A stretch of 26,839 nucleotides of DNA from a virus (lineage: Duplodnaviria > Caudoviricetes): the IMG/VR virus record IMGVR_UViG_3300044723_005676, positions 1 through 26,839 of that record; one strand, given 5' to 3'. Under the pieces are notes generated by a model that saw only the letters and a program-made list of their open reading frames with translations, did not search any database and was not told where the DNA came from. Positions 18,521-26,839 of the stretch are shown piece by piece. Each line of letters starts with the position of its first letter. Positions within the stretch are counted from its first letter, which is position 1. The translations under genes and the position numbers were made by a program.

Positions 18521-18844
18521 CTACTCCTTTAGAGCAGAAGTAGTCTTTTTGGTCGTAGCCTTCTTTTTAGAAGACTTTGCTTTTGGTAGCAAAAGACCAC
18601 AAAGAGCCAAAGCATCAGGAATGTCCTCTTTCAATTGCCTTCTAAGAACAACTAAACGCTTTTCATCAGTTTCCTTCAAAGCGGCTCTGTCCTCTTCAAC
18701 AAAGGTGAACATAAGGTTTCTATCGCCAATTTTAGCGATAGCCCAATCAGTTTCTACTTCTAACTCGCCCTTTCTTCGGAGAAGCCCAAAAGGTGTTTCT
18801 AATCTACCGATATTCGCAGTATCGGAGAACTTGACTAAAGCCAA
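18521..18844 (-). CDS. Hypothetical head-region protein with a Lys-rich tail (107 aa)
   Basis: TTG start after TGAGGTG; C-terminal AKSSKKKATTKK. Confidence 0.6.
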   Translation of the reverse strand: MALVKFSDTANIGRLETPFGLLRRKGELEVETDWAIAKIGDRNLMFTFVEEDRAALKETDEKRLVVLRRQLKEDIPDALALCGLLLPKAKSSKKKATTKKTTSALKE

Positions 18845-18853
18845 ATTAACACC

Positions 18854-19189
18854 TCAAAGGTTTCCATAGACACGAACACGAACAATTCCTTCGTCACTCG
18901 TTCCTGCCTGTTCAGCAACTCCTGTCTGAAGAAGAAGTTTAAAACTGCTCGTTGAAAGATATTCACCATCACTAGTCAAAACTGCTTGAGCCGAATGAGT
19001 TTCTTCTTCAACTCCAATCACCATAACTGCTGAAATGGTTGCTAATCCGAGAGAGGAAGCCGTAATAGTAATGCCGTTTTGAACATATGCAGTAATGTTG
19101 ATGTTCGCATCAACAAAATATTCATCGCCGCTAACTCTTGGGGCGGTAAAACCCTTATGGTCTGCAACAATCGTTGTAGTGTGCGTCAT
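18854..19189 (-). CDS. Putative capsid decoration/cement protein (111 aa)
   Basis: Directly after the MCP gene, beta-rich, YVQNGITITASSLGL...VRVRVYG. Confidence 0.55.
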   Translation of the reverse strand: MTHTTTIVADHKGFTAPRVSGDEYFVDANINITAYVQNGITITASSLGLATISAVMVIGVEEETHSAQAVLTSDGEYLSTSSFKLLLQTGVAEQAGTSDEGIVRVRVYGNL

Positions 19190-19199
19190 TTAAAACACC

Positions 19200-20528
19200 T
19201 CACGAAAGGTTCACGATTTTACCTTGACCCTTGAAGTAAGAACAACCCAATTCTGCAATCGTGCGGTATAATGCTCGGTTGCCGAGTTGTCCAACACCGA
19301 ATGGGTTTCCGTTGCTGATACCGTCCTCAAAGTATTGAGTAGGCTTCATAACGGCCATCCAAAGATGGTCGGTATCAAGAAGAAGCATATCCGAAATGGT
19401 TCCCGAATCAGCCGAAGTGCTTTGCATTTGAGCAACAGGAATCAAAGGAATGTCGTAGTAAGTAGCAACACGGAATCCGACTTCTGCACCTTTAACACCA
19501 CGAACACCGTTCACGGTGGGAACAATTTCCTTTCTGTCCATAAATCGCTCTTGGCTCTGCAACAGGTCGGAAAGCGTTTGAAGGGTGTCATATCCAGTAA
19601 GGATAACCTTTGGAGAACCACCGTTCTGTCGCAATTCACGAAGCGTTGCGTTAAGAATGCTTAAAGTGAATGGGCGAGAACCACCACTTCCATAGTCTTC
19701 TGCACCATTAATCACCGAATCAAGGAAAGAAGCGGCATCACGGTTAGAACCGTAAATGTGGCTCACGGTGTTATCGTTAGCGGAAGCGGCAAATAGCGAA
19801 TCTGCGGCCATTTGGTCTTGCTCTGCGGCAGACGAAATGATTTTGTAAAGAGAAGTATAGTTTCTCAAAATGTTCGCAGGGCCGTTGGTTGCGCCAGTAT
19901 CACCATAAACTTCTAATGGAGTCATAATCATCAAGTTTTGAGATTCAGCGTGATGCTTACCCATATCTTCTCTCATTTGCGCTCTAATATCACCGATACC
20001 ATCGTCAATTTGAGCCATTTCCATAGCCAATTCGCTGAAATCAAACTGATGAGCGACGGTCTTTGGACTCATAAAGAGCGTGGAGTATTCGGGAGCAATA
20101 GCAATCAAACCATCACCAGAGGTTGAAAGAGAAGCGTTTTCGGGAACACCACCGATACTATCAATTCGGGGTGCATCCGTTCCGACTAAATCCGTTCCCG
20201 TCTTACTGAAAGAATGGGTGTTGCCCGTTCCACCAGCAGGACGCTTTGAGAGGACTCTCCAACCACTTGAGGAATATGGACGCTTGGCCATAACCGAGAG
20301 AGCATTCACTTCTCTGTTGAGCATAGACCAAACTTTCTGCCCATAAAGCACATTGTAAAGGTTTCCAGCAATCCCAGTAATAGGGGAAGTTTGAGTTGCG
20401 GCATCATGTCCACCATGAATACCGCTAACGGTTCCAGCCGTCTTTAAGAGCATATTATTTGCTCCATTAAAGTTAAGGCCGTAAGTTTGTGCTTCTAAGT
20501 CTGCAATCGTGTTAATATATCCTACCAT
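19200..20528 (-). CDS. Major capsid protein, HK97 fold (442 aa)
   Basis: Follows protease-scaffold. Recognisable segments: LYGQKVWSMLN.E.NAL, GGVPEN, PKTVAHQF..SE, PKVILTG, GFRVATYYDIPLIP, QGKI; style of archaeal head-tail virus MCPs. Confidence 0.92.
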   Translation of the reverse strand: MVGYINTIADLEAQTYGLNFNGANNMLLKTAGTVSGIHGGHDAATQTSPITGIAGNLYNVLYGQKVWSMLNREVNALSVMAKRPYSSSGWRVLSKRPAGGTGNTHSFSKTGTDLVGTDAPRIDSIGGVPENASLSTSGDGLIAIAPEYSTLFMSPKTVAHQFDFSELAMEMAQIDDGIGDIRAQMREDMGKHHAESQNLMIMTPLEVYGDTGATNGPANILRNYTSLYKIISSAAEQDQMAADSLFAASANDNTVSHIYGSNRDAASFLDSVINGAEDYGSGGSRPFTLSILNATLRELRQNGGSPKVILTGYDTLQTLSDLLQSQERFMDRKEIVPTVNGVRGVKGAEVGFRVATYYDIPLIPVAQMQSTSADSGTISDMLLLDTDHLWMAVMKPTQYFEDGISNGNPFGVGQLGNRALYRTIAELGCSYFKGQGKIVNLS

Positions 20529-20537
20529 GTTATCACC

Positions 20538-21725
20538 TCAAAGGTTGCCTCCATAAGCCATTTTATGGATTGTGTTCCAATCCATTTCGGCTAATTCATC
20601 CATAGATGGGAGTTGGATTTGTGCCTCTTCTTGAGCCTTCAAGATTTCAGTCTTTTCAGCCGTCAAGGACTTTCGGAGAGCAGTAAATTCGTTCTTAAGA
20701 GAAGCAATTTCGCTCTGTGCATCATATTGCGACTTTGCGAGAATGTTTTCACGGGTTCCCTTTTCAGCCTCAAATCGTCGGGCAAATTGCTTTTGGAGGT
20801 TATCGTAAGCCAACTTCTCCAATTGTTCTTGGCGGAAAGCCTCGTAAGCCTTCTCAATGTTTCCAACGGAAAGGTCAAGGGTTTCTAATTCGGTGTTTTC
20901 AAATGCCTTAACAACGGGCATATCGCTGGCTCTTGGCTTACCGTTATCAATAACGATTCTATCGGCAGGTTCGCCAATTTCAACGCCAGCACCATCAAGG
21001 GTGGACACATAAGCCTTAGATTCCATAGTGGGGTCTTCGGGTTTGGAGGTGTCCATATCCTCAATTTCTTCGTTGTCCATCATTTCATAATCGCCCTTTT
21101 CGGCCATTCCTTCTTCATCGTCTTCTTTTCGGAGCATGTTCACTTCATTCATAAGTGCGTCTAACTCTTCCAATGCTTTTTCCAGTTTGCTCATGTTTTT
21201 CACCTGTGTTTTTTCTTGTTTCAAAATATCAAATTTTGCTTCGGGGTTAATTCCTTTTTCGCAGATAGTGACTTCGTGTAATTCTAATTTACTAATTTCG
21301 TTGTATTGTCCTAATTCGGGATGGCTTTTCTTAACCTTATGAATTGCTTGTCCTCCAATACTAAATGACCTTAATGAACCCTTTCTAATTCCTCGGTTAA
21401 TTTCCTTAGCCTTTTCAATATCATCTCTTAACTTGATAACAACAAAGAATCCTACATCATCAACTTCGGTTTTCCACAACTTACCATTTTTATCTCGGTA
21501 TGATTTTACAACTTCTCCGACTTGAACATTTGAATGATTTGTCATTACATTTCTAAACTTAGCATTCTCCATGTATTTATTAACTGCTTCATTGAGTGCT
21601 TTAAGAGTAATTAAATCGTTTTGTTTATCAACAATTTCAATGCTTGCATATCCACCAATCATTAAGTCGTCGCTTTTGAGAATCCTGAAATCCTGTGGTT
21701 GTTCCCGCTTGAGTAGGAGAGACAT
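20538..21725 (-). CDS. Prohead protease (HK97-type) fused to an acidic coiled-coil scaffold (about 395 aa)
   Basis: IGGYAS..VDKQND, MTNH (catalytic His), RSFSIGG (catalytic Ser), LHEVTIC.KGINPEA; helical scaffold-like C-terminal half. Confidence 0.92.
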   Translation of the reverse strand: MSLLLKREQPQDFRILKSDDLMIGGYASIEIVDKQNDLITLKALNEAVNKYMENAKFRNVMTNHSNVQVGEVVKSYRDKNGKLWKTEVDDVGFFVVIKLRDDIEKAKEINRGIRKGSLRSFSIGGQAIHKVKKSHPELGQYNEISKLELHEVTICEKGINPEAKFDILKQEKTQVKNMSKLEKALEELDALMNEVNMLRKEDDEEGMAEKGDYEMMDNEEIEDMDTSKPEDPTMESKAYVSTLDGAGVEIGEPADRIVIDNGKPRASDMPVVKAFENTELETLDLSVGNIEKAYEAFRQEQLEKLAYDNLQKQFARRFEAEKGTRENILAKSQYDAQSEIASLKNEFTALRKSLTAEKTEILKAQEEAQIQLPSMDELAEMDWNTIHKMAYGGNL

Positions 21726-21754
21726 TTCCAACAACCCTTCGTTATCACTTCAAG

Positions 21755-21765
21755 TATATAAGAAA
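21755..21765 (-). promoter_or_regulatory. Candidate archaeal TATA box (TTTCTTATATA) for the capsid operon
   Basis: TTATATA about 30 nt upstream of ATG 21725, in one of the few intergenic gaps. Confidence 0.45.
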
Positions 21766-21770
21766 CATGG

Positions 21771-24725
21771 TTATCTTGGGATTTTCTTCTCCGAAAACCT
21801 GTCCTCATAGATGTTCCACAAACCCTCATCCCCTTCTTTATCAGCAGGTTTTTGCTCATATCCAGTCCAAGCCAACCACATTTTCTGTTCTCCCACGGGG
21901 AGGTAGCGAACATGAAACTTCGTTTCAAACTTATTCCCTTCCAAGAAGTATTCGTGATACCCGTTCCTTTGGATTCCAAGTTTCACGACTCCGCTATCAA
22001 CGACCTTTTCGTTATCGGTATTTTGAGCAACCTCCGCAGGATATTTTCCTGCCGCCCCGAAAAGGTCAAACATTTCTTCTTCATTTTGAGTGTCAATTAA
22101 CCAATTAATTGTTTCATCTCCAAGTTTCATAATCATGTTTAGATTGTCGTCTTGGCGAGAATACAACTTAAATTGACCTTCTCTGTATTTTTCGGGTGTT
22201 TTATAGTCTGCTTTGAGCATAGCGTATTTGTCCGTAAAACTAGAATCTCCTTGAATGCAGTTTTGATATTCTTCTAAGGCTTGTTCTAATGGGCCATAAT
22301 CTATACCATCTATCTTATTATTAAGAAAATCATCTATTACTGGTAATAATATATCACAATCTAAAGAATCAACGGCTTCCATAATATTCTGTTTTTCTTC
22401 TTCATAATTGTCTGCCCAAAGTTCGCCAGCGTGTTCAGGGTGTTTTTGCACATGAGCATATACTTTATCCCAACCATCAAATAACTTAACAAACGCATCT
22501 AATGCTGCGATGCGATTTTCTTTAACAACTTCTTTTAATTTTTCACAGCATTCGCCGTCTTTATCTGAAGAGTCAATAGTAATATCTCCAATTTCTTCTT
22601 CGGGTTCTTCCTCCCTACTAACTAAAATTGGAGACTTTAGAAGCATTTTAAGAAGACCATCACCATATAATTTACCATTTCTTAGAGAAATATGTTCTCT
22701 TTGGTTGGCCCATTTCCCTAAGTCCTGTAATCCACCATCTATCACATCTTCATATAGGTCTTTATGCTTAGAAGCCAAGAAATTATGAACTTCTCTAACA
22801 GTTTTTTCTCCATTCTCTTGAAGATAATTAGTAATAGCAACTGTCAAAGTTCCTGCCTTTGTTTTCATAATTTGCTCTGCTTGGGATTTCCAATCGTCTA
22901 AATGAATGGCGGCATTCTTTGACATAAGATTATTTTCTTCAAAGCCATAAACTGTAAAGCCTACCATGTCAGACTTACAAATAATAGTGGCTGTTCCATG
23001 AATGTGGTCGGTAATAGTAATACCTTTCTTCAATCCCTCAATAGAATAATTAAGAGATTTTTTAGTATCTTGGGCCAATAATTCCAAAGTGACTATTTTA
23101 TCTGGATATTCTACTTCGGGTATTTCAATAACCTTTGCAGAATAAAGAGTATATCTTTCTCCAGCATTCTTTACTTCATCAACTTTGACTCGGATAATTT
23201 CGCCAACTTCTGCTGAAATTTTGGTATTAAGTGCTTTGCCGACATTCATATATTTAATGCCGTCAATTTCCTGTGTAAATTTGTTTTCTTCAACAACAGG
23301 CCCAACCCCAACAGTATAAGAATATAAGTTGCTTTTGGTTTTCTTTTTATCAAGAACAATAACATCTAAGTCCACAAACTTTTTCCATTTAATCCACTTA
23401 GGGTTTTTCTTTGTCCCAATGTAATAAGTAGAGGTAGCATCTTTAATCACCACCCCTTCGGAAGTAGGCATCTCCATAATTTCTTTTGCATATTCAGCAA
23501 TATCCTTTAAATTATCTGCACGACGAGTATCTTTCTTTGAAGGAAACTTTAGAACATCGGCAGAGTGTTGAGCATAATTGTTGAACATGATAGTCATGCG
23601 GTCTTCCAATTCCTCATCAAGAAGAGTTTGGTTTTCGTGTCGCATAATGTCAAAAACATGACATTTAAGAGTAGCCTTCGGATATTTGTTTTTGAAAACA
23701 TGGGCGATAGTGTCTGCTCTATGAAGGGGTTCATCCTCGTCAAAGAGAATTAATTCTGCATCAAGAATACAATCTCCAAAATGTTTTGCCTTTAACTCAT
23801 CGGCAATTTCTTTACACTTATCTGTAATTAACTTCTTGTTAAACGAAAAAATCTTAATATTATTATCAATCTTTTGCAGTTGGATTCTCATGCCGTCATA
23901 CTTTTCTTGAACAAACCATTCTCCACTAAATCCTTTTAACTCTTCAATATCATCAATATCAAAAATACGATACATTGGTTTATTGGGAATAATAAAATCA
24001 GTAAGGGCCTTTTCTTCTTCGGATTTCTTTTCTTTTTTGATAGTAAAAGATTTTTTTTGTTTTTCGGGGGCAACGCCTTCAATATCAGTAAGTTCATCTA
24101 ATTCTTTTTCATCGTATCTTGAAAGCATTAAAAGTTCTAACATCTCCATAGCGGCTTCAACTGCTTTTTCGGTGCGTTTGGAGTCTTTTCCATCTCCGTA
24201 ATGCTCAATAATATACAGGGCTATGTCGTCAGGTTCTAGGTCAAGCCCTTCTAAGCCGTATGTAATGTCGTCGGGAGGAATGTCTTTAATTGCATAAACC
24301 TCTTCGGGCAGAGCCTCTTTATCATCCCGTAGTGCGTAATGAACAAACTTCACCATTTCTTCGGGATTCTCAAGGAGGGTTTCCAAAACTTTTCCTTTGA
24401 ACCTCTTAGCGAACGGGTCATTCACCAAATCGGAAGAATAGCGAAGAAGTTTAATGGCCTCAAAAAGTTCCTTTGCCTTGAGAGAGGAAGGGTCTTTAAT
24501 ATCGTTGTTTTCTATGAGGTCTTCCGAAACGAAGTCTTTCATTTCATTCCCTGCGGCATCCAGTTCATTGTATGACTCAACGATAGTTTCCACAACATTT
24601 CTCCAGCGACTCCCATATTCTTGAGGGTCGTTGGCGGCAGAAAGATATGCTACTCTCGTTTTCTCAAACAAGCGAAGAATCTCTTCCGAAGGACGCTTAT
24701 CCTTCTCAATGTTTGAGAGGCGCAT
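21771..24725 (-). CDS. lig: Multi-domain ATP-dependent DNA ligase (984 aa)
   Basis: Motif I QEKYDGMR (K275), III ILDAEL, IIIa HVFDIM, IV EGVVIKD, V WIKWKK, then an OB-like region; long N- and C-terminal extensions. Confidence 0.9.
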   Translation of the reverse strand: MRLSNIEKDKRPSEEILRLFEKTRVAYLSAANDPQEYGSRWRNVVETIVESYNELDAAGNEMKDFVSEDLIENNDIKDPSSLKAKELFEAIKLLRYSSDLVNDPFAKRFKGKVLETLLENPEEMVKFVHYALRDDKEALPEEVYAIKDIPPDDITYGLEGLDLEPDDIALYIIEHYGDGKDSKRTEKAVEAAMEMLELLMLSRYDEKELDELTDIEGVAPEKQKKSFTIKKEKKSEEEKALTDFIIPNKPMYRIFDIDDIEELKGFSGEWFVQEKYDGMRIQLQKIDNNIKIFSFNKKLITDKCKEIADELKAKHFGDCILDAELILFDEDEPLHRADTIAHVFKNKYPKATLKCHVFDIMRHENQTLLDEELEDRMTIMFNNYAQHSADVLKFPSKKDTRRADNLKDIAEYAKEIMEMPTSEGVVIKDATSTYYIGTKKNPKWIKWKKFVDLDVIVLDKKKTKSNLYSYTVGVGPVVEENKFTQEIDGIKYMNVGKALNTKISAEVGEIIRVKVDEVKNAGERYTLYSAKVIEIPEVEYPDKIVTLELLAQDTKKSLNYSIEGLKKGITITDHIHGTATIICKSDMVGFTVYGFEENNLMSKNAAIHLDDWKSQAEQIMKTKAGTLTVAITNYLQENGEKTVREVHNFLASKHKDLYEDVIDGGLQDLGKWANQREHISLRNGKLYGDGLLKMLLKSPILVSREEEPEEEIGDITIDSSDKDGECCEKLKEVVKENRIAALDAFVKLFDGWDKVYAHVQKHPEHAGELWADNYEEEKQNIMEAVDSLDCDILLPVIDDFLNNKIDGIDYGPLEQALEEYQNCIQGDSSFTDKYAMLKADYKTPEKYREGQFKLYSRQDDNLNMIMKLGDETINWLIDTQNEEEMFDLFGAAGKYPAEVAQNTDNEKVVDSGVVKLGIQRNGYHEYFLEGNKFETKFHVRYLPVGEQKMWLAWTGYEQKPADKEGDEGLWNIYEDRFSEKKIPR

Positions 24726-24735
24726 TTAGCACACC

Positions 24736-25245
24736 TCAAAGATTTAAGCCATACTTTTTGTTCAAAATATTTTTAATATTTTGTTGAGGAATAGAATATC
24801 TACTGTTATTTCTATTCAAAAACATTTCTAAATGTTCTGCGGATTGGCTATTTTGTTGCGCTTGGCTCAGAGTAAGACCAAGGGAGTTTAAACCAAATTG
24901 AATATTATCATTCGTATATGTTGGTGCGCCACCCTTATTCATACTCAAAGAATATGTATTATCTGCCTGATTATATCTGAGGTAGGATTTTTTAATTTCG
25001 GATTTTTTAAATTGAGTCATTTCGCCAGCCTTTCCATAGCCCGAATGAGTCCCAGTATTGTTTTCCATTTTGGTCTTATCCTTCTCAGCCTTTGGTCGCT
25101 TTACCTTGACCTTTTCCATGCGGTCATCCTTTTCGTCGGGAAGACGATTTCCTTCCATTGATTCACGAAGTAATTCCTTAACCTTTCTTGCTTTCTCAAT
25201 AGTCATTGAAATAACTCTTTCTTCTTTACTTACTCTTTCGGGCAT
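24736..25245 (-). CDS. Hypothetical head-region protein (169 aa) with a charged N-half and an N/Q-rich C-half
   Basis: ORF packed in the operon; halves separated by FKKSEIKKS. Confidence 0.7.
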   Translation of the reverse strand: MPERVSKEERVISMTIEKARKVKELLRESMEGNRLPDEKDDRMEKVKVKRPKAEKDKTKMENNTGTHSGYGKAGEMTQFKKSEIKKSYLRYNQADNTYSLSMNKGGAPTYTNDNIQFGLNSLGLTLSQAQQNSQSAEHLEMFLNRNNSRYSIPQQNIKNILNKKYGLNL

Positions 25246-25247
25246 AA

Positions 25248-25481
25248 TTACACATCCAATACTTCTTTTTCCTCATTTAACATATTAGTTGTTGCTCTAT
25301 CAACAAAATCAATTTCTTGTCCAATGGGAAGAAAACTTTCATGCTGCTCATATTGCTGACAAGTCCCATCTGTGTCAATGCTAATAAAAATCTTGGTGCA
25401 TTGTTTTTTCTTATTCCAACGACAATCTTTTGCTTGACACCTCTGCACTTGGGTTAATTTTTGCTTTAGGACTTCGCTCAT
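25248..25481 (-). CDS. Small four-Cys protein, DUF1540-like pattern (77 aa)
   Basis: CQAKDCRWNKKKQCTKIFISI...CQQY; ATGA overlap with the upstream gene. Confidence 0.6.
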   Translation of the reverse strand: MSEVLKQKLTQVQRCQAKDCRWNKKKQCTKIFISIDTDGTCQQYEQHESFLPIGQEIDFVDRATTNMLNEEKEVLDV

Positions 25482-25720
25482 TGTCCACCAGCCCTTTCAA
25501 CCATTTTATGAATCTCCGACCAATTCATTTCGCCACCGTCCATATTCACGGAAGCACCCATGCTATCCATCATTGGTGTAGGGGTTTCAGCAACAACAAA
25601 GCCAGACTTCATTAATAAATTGTCTTTGTTATAAACTGCCCTTTCAAGACTTTCAATCTTCGCAGAAAGAGCCTTAATAATTTGAAGCATTTCTTGGTTA
25701 ATGGTGTTTTCTTCAGGCAT
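25478..25720 (-). CDS. Small coiled-coil protein with a scaffold-like C-terminal motif (80 aa)
   Basis: Likely ATG 25720 (MPEENTIN), 1 nt after the upstream TAA; ends EMNWSEIHKMVERAGGQ. Confidence 0.75.
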   Translation of the reverse strand: MPEENTINQEMLQIIKALSAKIESLERAVYNKDNLLMKSGFVVAETPTPMMDSMGASVNMDGGEMNWSEIHKMVERAGGQ

Positions 25721-25721
25721 T

Positions 25722-26090
25722 TTAATCATCTCTCTTTTTTTGTGGATAAACCAAATCTCGGAGTTGTCGGTAAAGGAGTTCATACTCCTTACGAAGTTTC
25801 GTAGCGGTGGCCACTATGTCAATGTTGCGCTCATCCATAGACTTCATTTTTTTGTTGAGTTTTTTATCCGACTTGGTGAAGTCAAGTTCTCGCAGGGATT
25901 CAATCAGTTCGCCTAATTTGGTAAAGTCTTGGCCGAAAAACTCTGTGGGTTCGGCGGCTTGGAGGGTCTTTTTGAGCCTCTTTCTTTGCTTCGCATCTAA
26001 CGAATCAAGGATTTTTTTGGGGGGAGAATCCAGTTTTTTCTCAAGAACAAACTCTTTTCCTTCGTTGTAAAAATCCCATGTCATTTTCAT
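25722..26090 (-). CDS. Helical hypothetical protein (120-122 aa)
   Basis: ATG 26090 or 26084 after GGGGGA; coupled to both neighbours. Confidence 0.75.
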   Translation of the reverse strand: MKMTWDFYNEGKEFVLEKKLDSPPKKILDSLDAKQRKRLKKTLQAAEPTEFFGQDFTKLGELIESLRELDFTKSDKKLNKKMKSMDERNIDIVATATKLRKEYELLYRQLRDLVYPQKKRDD

Positions 26091-26839
26091 TCCCCCATAG
26101 CCTCTTCTCTCTTTTGGTAAATCTTATCTAATTTATCACCAATTACGGCTTCTTCGCCCAATAACTTGTCTATATCTTCTTGAACATTTTCCATTCCTTC
26201 TGCTATATCTTCAAGTTTAAATGCTTCTTGAATAAAATCATCAGCATCCTTTAAAATAGATAAGGCTTCTTTATCGGCAATAAGCACTTTGTATTTAGGT
26301 TTTCTTTCTAAAATAGTGATTAGTTTATTAATGTCTTTTGTTTGTTCAGCCTTAATTCCGTAGTCTTCTAACTTGGTGTTCTTGTATTCTCTACCTAACG
26401 CAGTAAAACTTCCTAAGATATTAACCTCTATCAAATCGCTTATTACTTTATTATATTCTTCTTTACTTACTGCGAGTTCTTTCATCTTAGGGTTTAATTT
26501 TTGCAGTTTTCCTGAAACCTTTTCAAGAGAAGAAGCCATTGATACTAAACCATTGTCTAATTCTATTAATTTTCTATTATACTCTTCTCTTACCTTAATT
26601 TGTTTTTTTAGTAGTTTTACTGTATCTTCATCTGGCTTCTGCTTATCTTCTTCATTATTTAATCTATCTTCAATATTATCAATATTAAATGGTATTTCTT
26701 CTGTGCTTTTATTGATTAATTTAAAAGCCAGTTCTAAATCGTTAGAAAATCTAGAAGCATCTCTCAAAGTGGCTCTCACTTCTTTTTGTTTTTCTTGTTG
26801 GTGGTTAAGTGAATCTAAAATCCTTTTATTTGCTCTAGC
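26087..26839 (-). CDS. C-terminal part (at least 250 aa) of a coiled-coil protein starting beyond the window
   Basis: The frame is open to the window edge (ARANKRILDSLNHQQEKQKEVR...), so the track's GTG at 26779 is probably internal. E/K-rich heptads. Confidence 0.8.
   Translation of the reverse strand, partial: ARANKRILDSLNHQQEKQKEVRATLRDASRFSNDLELAFKLINKSTEEIPFNIDNIEDRLNNEEDKQKPDEDTVKLLKKQIKVREEYNRKLIELDNGLVSMASSLEKVSGKLQKLNPKMKELAVSKEEYNKVISDLIEVNILGSFTALGREYKNTKLEDYGIKAEQTKDINKLITILERKPKYKVLIADKEALSILKDADDFIQEAFKLEDIAEGMENVQEDIDKLLGEEAVIGDKLDKIYQKREEAMGE

Noticed and set aside
17878-18869. Plus-strand ORFs of 194 and 136 aa (and all other plus-strand ORFs in the track)
   Set aside because: They are antisense shadows of coherent minus-strand genes, with no SD or recognisable motifs.
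22212-22640. Intein in the ligase
   Set aside because: No C-terminal HN-C/S/T splice junction or LAGLIDADG motifs, and the insert lies outside the catalytic core.

Overview
This window is the virion morphogenesis region of a tailed dsDNA virus (Caudoviricetes, siphovirus-type), with every credible gene on the minus strand. The GGTGA/GAGGTG-type Shine-Dalgarno sites, a TATA-like box, the capsid protein style and the ATP-dependent ligase beside the prohead protease point to an archaeal head-tail virus, most likely a magrovirus-like virus of Marine Group II/Poseidoniales (inference, not database-checked). In transcription order (right to left) the genes are: coiled-coil and small head-region proteins; a 984-aa multi-domain ATP-dependent DNA ligase; prohead protease-scaffold; HK97-fold major capsid protein; three small capsid-associated proteins; a five-gene cassette (two membrane proteins, an Arf-like small GTPase, a Zn-binding coiled-coil protein and a Q-rich protein with a WW-like motif); a 540-aa unknown; head-tail adaptor; putative tail terminator; tail tube; a tail chaperone with a -1 frameshift (G/GT); tape measure; putative distal tail; a LamG protein; and a >1685-aa tail protein that the ORF track missed because it runs off the window. 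The best candidate for an undescribed system is the viral Arf-like GTPase/membrane cassette. Next are the possibly capsid-packaged, protease-processed ligase and a second protein that carries the scaffold's C-terminal motif. No tRNA, rRNA, CRISPR or IS element was seen.
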